A stretch of DNA of 63,810 bases, counting the filler, from Perkinsus chesapeaki ATCC PRA-425 (lineage: Eukaryota > Protista > Perkinsozoa): the NCBI GenBank assembly GCA_013115145.1. It is 10 parts of 10 records of this genome, joined end to end, with 100 filler letters (N's around TTAATTAATTAA, not from the genome) between each part and the next. Parts side by side here need not be neighbours in the genome. Positions count along the whole stretch, not along the records: positions 57,081 to 62,203 come from JAAPAO010001188.1; positions 62,304 to 63,810 come from JAAPAO010001925.1; 8 more parts are not named here. One strand, 5' to 3'. A program made the translations under genes and the position numbers. Positions 62,037 to 63,810 of this stretch are shown here, in pieces. The notes under the pieces are model-generated. The model made no database searches and had not been told where the DNA came from. It saw only the letters and a list, made by a program, of their open reading frames with translations. How positions within the stretch are numbered: position 1 is the stretch's first letter; each line of letters begins with the position of its first letter.

Positions 62037-62076
62037 ATGAGCTTGAGGGCTCTTATAGCGGGGAAGTCAACTAAGA

Positions 62077-62090
62077 CTTGAGCCAAGATG
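62077..62090 (-). other. Spliced-leader relic at the LINE 5' end
   Basis: CATCTTGGCTCAAG equals the last 14 nt of the Perkinsus SL ACCGTAGCCATCTTGGCTCAAG. It is not followed by GT, so it has the spliced (mRNA) form. Confidence 0.85.
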
Positions 62091-62091
62091 T

Positions 62092-62203
62092 GTGGTCGTG
62101 GTAGTTGTAGTGGTGGTGGTCGTAGTTGTTGTAGTTGTGGTCGTGGTAGTTGTGGTGGTTGTTGTAGTTGTGGTGGTGGTTGTAGTTGTAGTTGTGGTGG
62201 TCG
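62092..62203 (-). repeat. (ACN)n tract, poly-Thr-coding on the - strand; 5' flank of the LINE
   Basis: All triplets are ACN, in frame with the 3' flank once the element and one TSD are removed. Confidence 0.9.
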
Positions 62204-62303
62204 NNNNNNNNNNNNNNNNNNNNNNNNNNNNNNNNNNNNNNNNNNNNTTAATTAATTAANNNNNNNNNNNNNNNNNNNNNNNNNNNNNNNNNNNNNNNNN
62301 NNN
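62204..62303. other. Artificial contig linker
   Basis: 44 N + TTAATTAATTAA + 44 N. Confidence 0.99.
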
Positions 62304-63810
62304 TCCATATGTTCTCAGGAATTTCGAAATGCACTAGCTACTTGGCTCAGCACTGCGGCCCTACAGGACGCCATTCCTCGTAATGTCCAACCACTACAAG
62401 GCCTGTACGTGTTCTGTGACGCAAGCATCGACGCCTACTGCGTGGACGTTAGAGACGGCTCAGCAGCTCACGCACGCCTACTCGGACGCTTCTGGTTGTT
62501 CCCCGCCAAGAATAAGCAGACTATCGTTCAGAAGGAGCTCATCGCCTTATCCAGCGCCGTCGAGGCCGTCAAGAAGATCGACCAAGTGCTCAAGGACTTC
62601 CCCCCTAGACCTTCCCGGTATATGATTCTCACGGACAGTGCCATCAACCTACATCGACTCCGTAAGACCGACTCAGCTAAGGCCAAACTTGGACGCTTTG
62701 AACAACGCCGACTGAAGGCCATCGAGGATACTATTTGGACGCTCAGAAAAGACGGAGTACAAATATCGGTAAGACACGTCCGTGGAGAATGTAATCCGGC
62801 AGATAAGGGGACCAGATCTCCTCACCTAGGAGATCTTCACTCACCACTTCCCCCTTCGACGATTAGAGAAGGACTGCTGACCTCACCGGTGACATTTTGC
62901 TACCCCGCGCCCCCCCAGGAAGCCCCTCAGGGCAGTTCACCTCTAGAAGACGACTCCATCTACCTCGGCAACTATGTGGTGCTTAACAACTCGGAAGAGG
63001 ATGACAATGAGCACGAAGTGACCACCGACGACCTCCTCAACGACCAGGCCACTAATCCGAAGATCGATGACTTCAAGAACAGCCCCTACTATGAGGTACT
63101 CCCCAACGGTCTGGTAGCTCGTATCGCAGCCATTGACGTCGACCCCGAGGACGACACCAAAACCTACCCCCGACACCAGATCGTGGTGCATGACCACGGG
63201 CTCCAGAAGAAGCTGGTGACTAAGGCACATTGTGTGGGACATCGCGGCCGAGTTGGTACTCTCAAACTCCTGAAGCAACGCTACTTTTGGCATGGAATGG
63301 CGCGCGATTGCCGCCGCCATGTGGATGCGTGTAAGCACTGTCAGTATGCGAGAGCTGACCGCGTACAGCGACAATCTATGGGAGCGGTCCCTTGGCCTGG
63401 GGCTGCTGGCTGCCTAAGAGTGTGTGCGGTTGACCTGACTGGCCCCTACAACACGCTATTCCACCACGGTAACGACGACCCGGACGAGCAGAACTACGGT
63501 GTTGTGATCATCGACTTGGCTACCAACTACTTACGAGCAACTACCACCAAGTCCAAGCTCTCTTCTGAGGTCATCAGGAAACTGGAAGCATTGTTCCACA
63601 CTACCGACTGGCCACAAGTCCTGCTGATAGCCCAAGACTCTTCACTAGTCAGCGCTGCCTTTAGGTACTTCTGTGACCGTCATTCTATCTGTCTCAAGGT
63701 TCTCCCTAGAGATTCCCCTGCCCTGGCTGGTGCTTCCGAACGACCCCATAAGGATCTGCATGACTACATCCACAAGTGCGTTCAACTGGACGACCCCGAC
63801 CACGCGGACT
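62304..63810 (+). mobile_element. LTR-retrotransposon pol fragment: RNase H + integrase, open across the whole contig (absent from the ORF track)
   Basis: The frame starting at 62304 has no stop: VFCDAS, QKELIAL, ILTDS, VRHVRGECNPADKGTR (BEL/Pao-like RNase H end), HCVGH...CKHC (HHCC), AVDLTGPY, IIDLATNY, ASERPHK. Confidence 0.9.

Larger units (their letters stand above)
57226..62091 (-). mobile_element. Full-length two-ORF non-LTR retrotransposon (APE-RT-RNase H LINE, I/R1-group-like) with an (ACA)16 tail and a putative 11-bp TSD
   Basis: ORF1, ORF2, a short 3' UTR and a tail at 57226-57273. GTGGTCGTGGT occurs at 57215-57225 and 62092-62102. Confidence 0.93.

Noticed and set aside
62043-62052. 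Possible second SL relic (GCCCTCAAG) in the LINE 5' UTR
   Set aside because: Only CTCAAG matches, which is too little to call.
19470-62303. TTAATTAATTAA repeated nine times, ORFs ending in X...LIN, and apparent gag-pol-integrase 'clustering' across contigs E, G and J
   Set aside because: These are assembly linkers. The order of contigs is artificial, so the LTR fragments cannot be assumed to be one element.

Overview
This window is not one locus. It is ten unrelated draft contigs joined by nine identical 100-bp artificial linkers (44 N + TTAATTAATTAA + 44 N), so adjacency across a linker means nothing. Contigs: A 1-19469, B 19570-38271, C 38372-45528, D 45629-48350, E 48451-50986, F 51087-52688, G 52789-55064, H 55165-56980, I 57081-62203, J 62304-63810. 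The DNA is from an intron-rich eukaryote, most consistent with Perkinsus (inferred from short GT-AG introns and a Perkinsus-type spliced-leader relic). Host genes: a FAX/metaxin-like GST, coiled-coil multi-exon genes, a long Sfi1-like Trp-repeat gene, two tandem intronless secreted Thr-rich/6-Cys-module proteins, a POT transporter 3' end, a probable KH-domain exon, tRNA-Asn, tRNA-Arg and two aberrant tRNA copies. Mobile DNA: hAT, SWIM/MULE-like and Dada-like transposase relics, three LTR-retrotransposon fragments and one full-length two-ORF LINE. The strongest candidate for a new system is that LINE. It starts with a 14-nt spliced-leader relic, ends in a stem-loop plus an (ACA)16 tail, and sits with an 11-bp duplication inside an all-ACN (poly-Thr) tract. 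Other strong signals: 22 AGGCCT palindromes in all three frames of a 2.7-kb orphan ORF, a TTTCGTGGCGC motif repeated through the Sfi1-like gene, a recurrent 18-bp palindrome, and scattered orphan tRNA 3' halves. All family assignments come from motif recognition; no database search was run.
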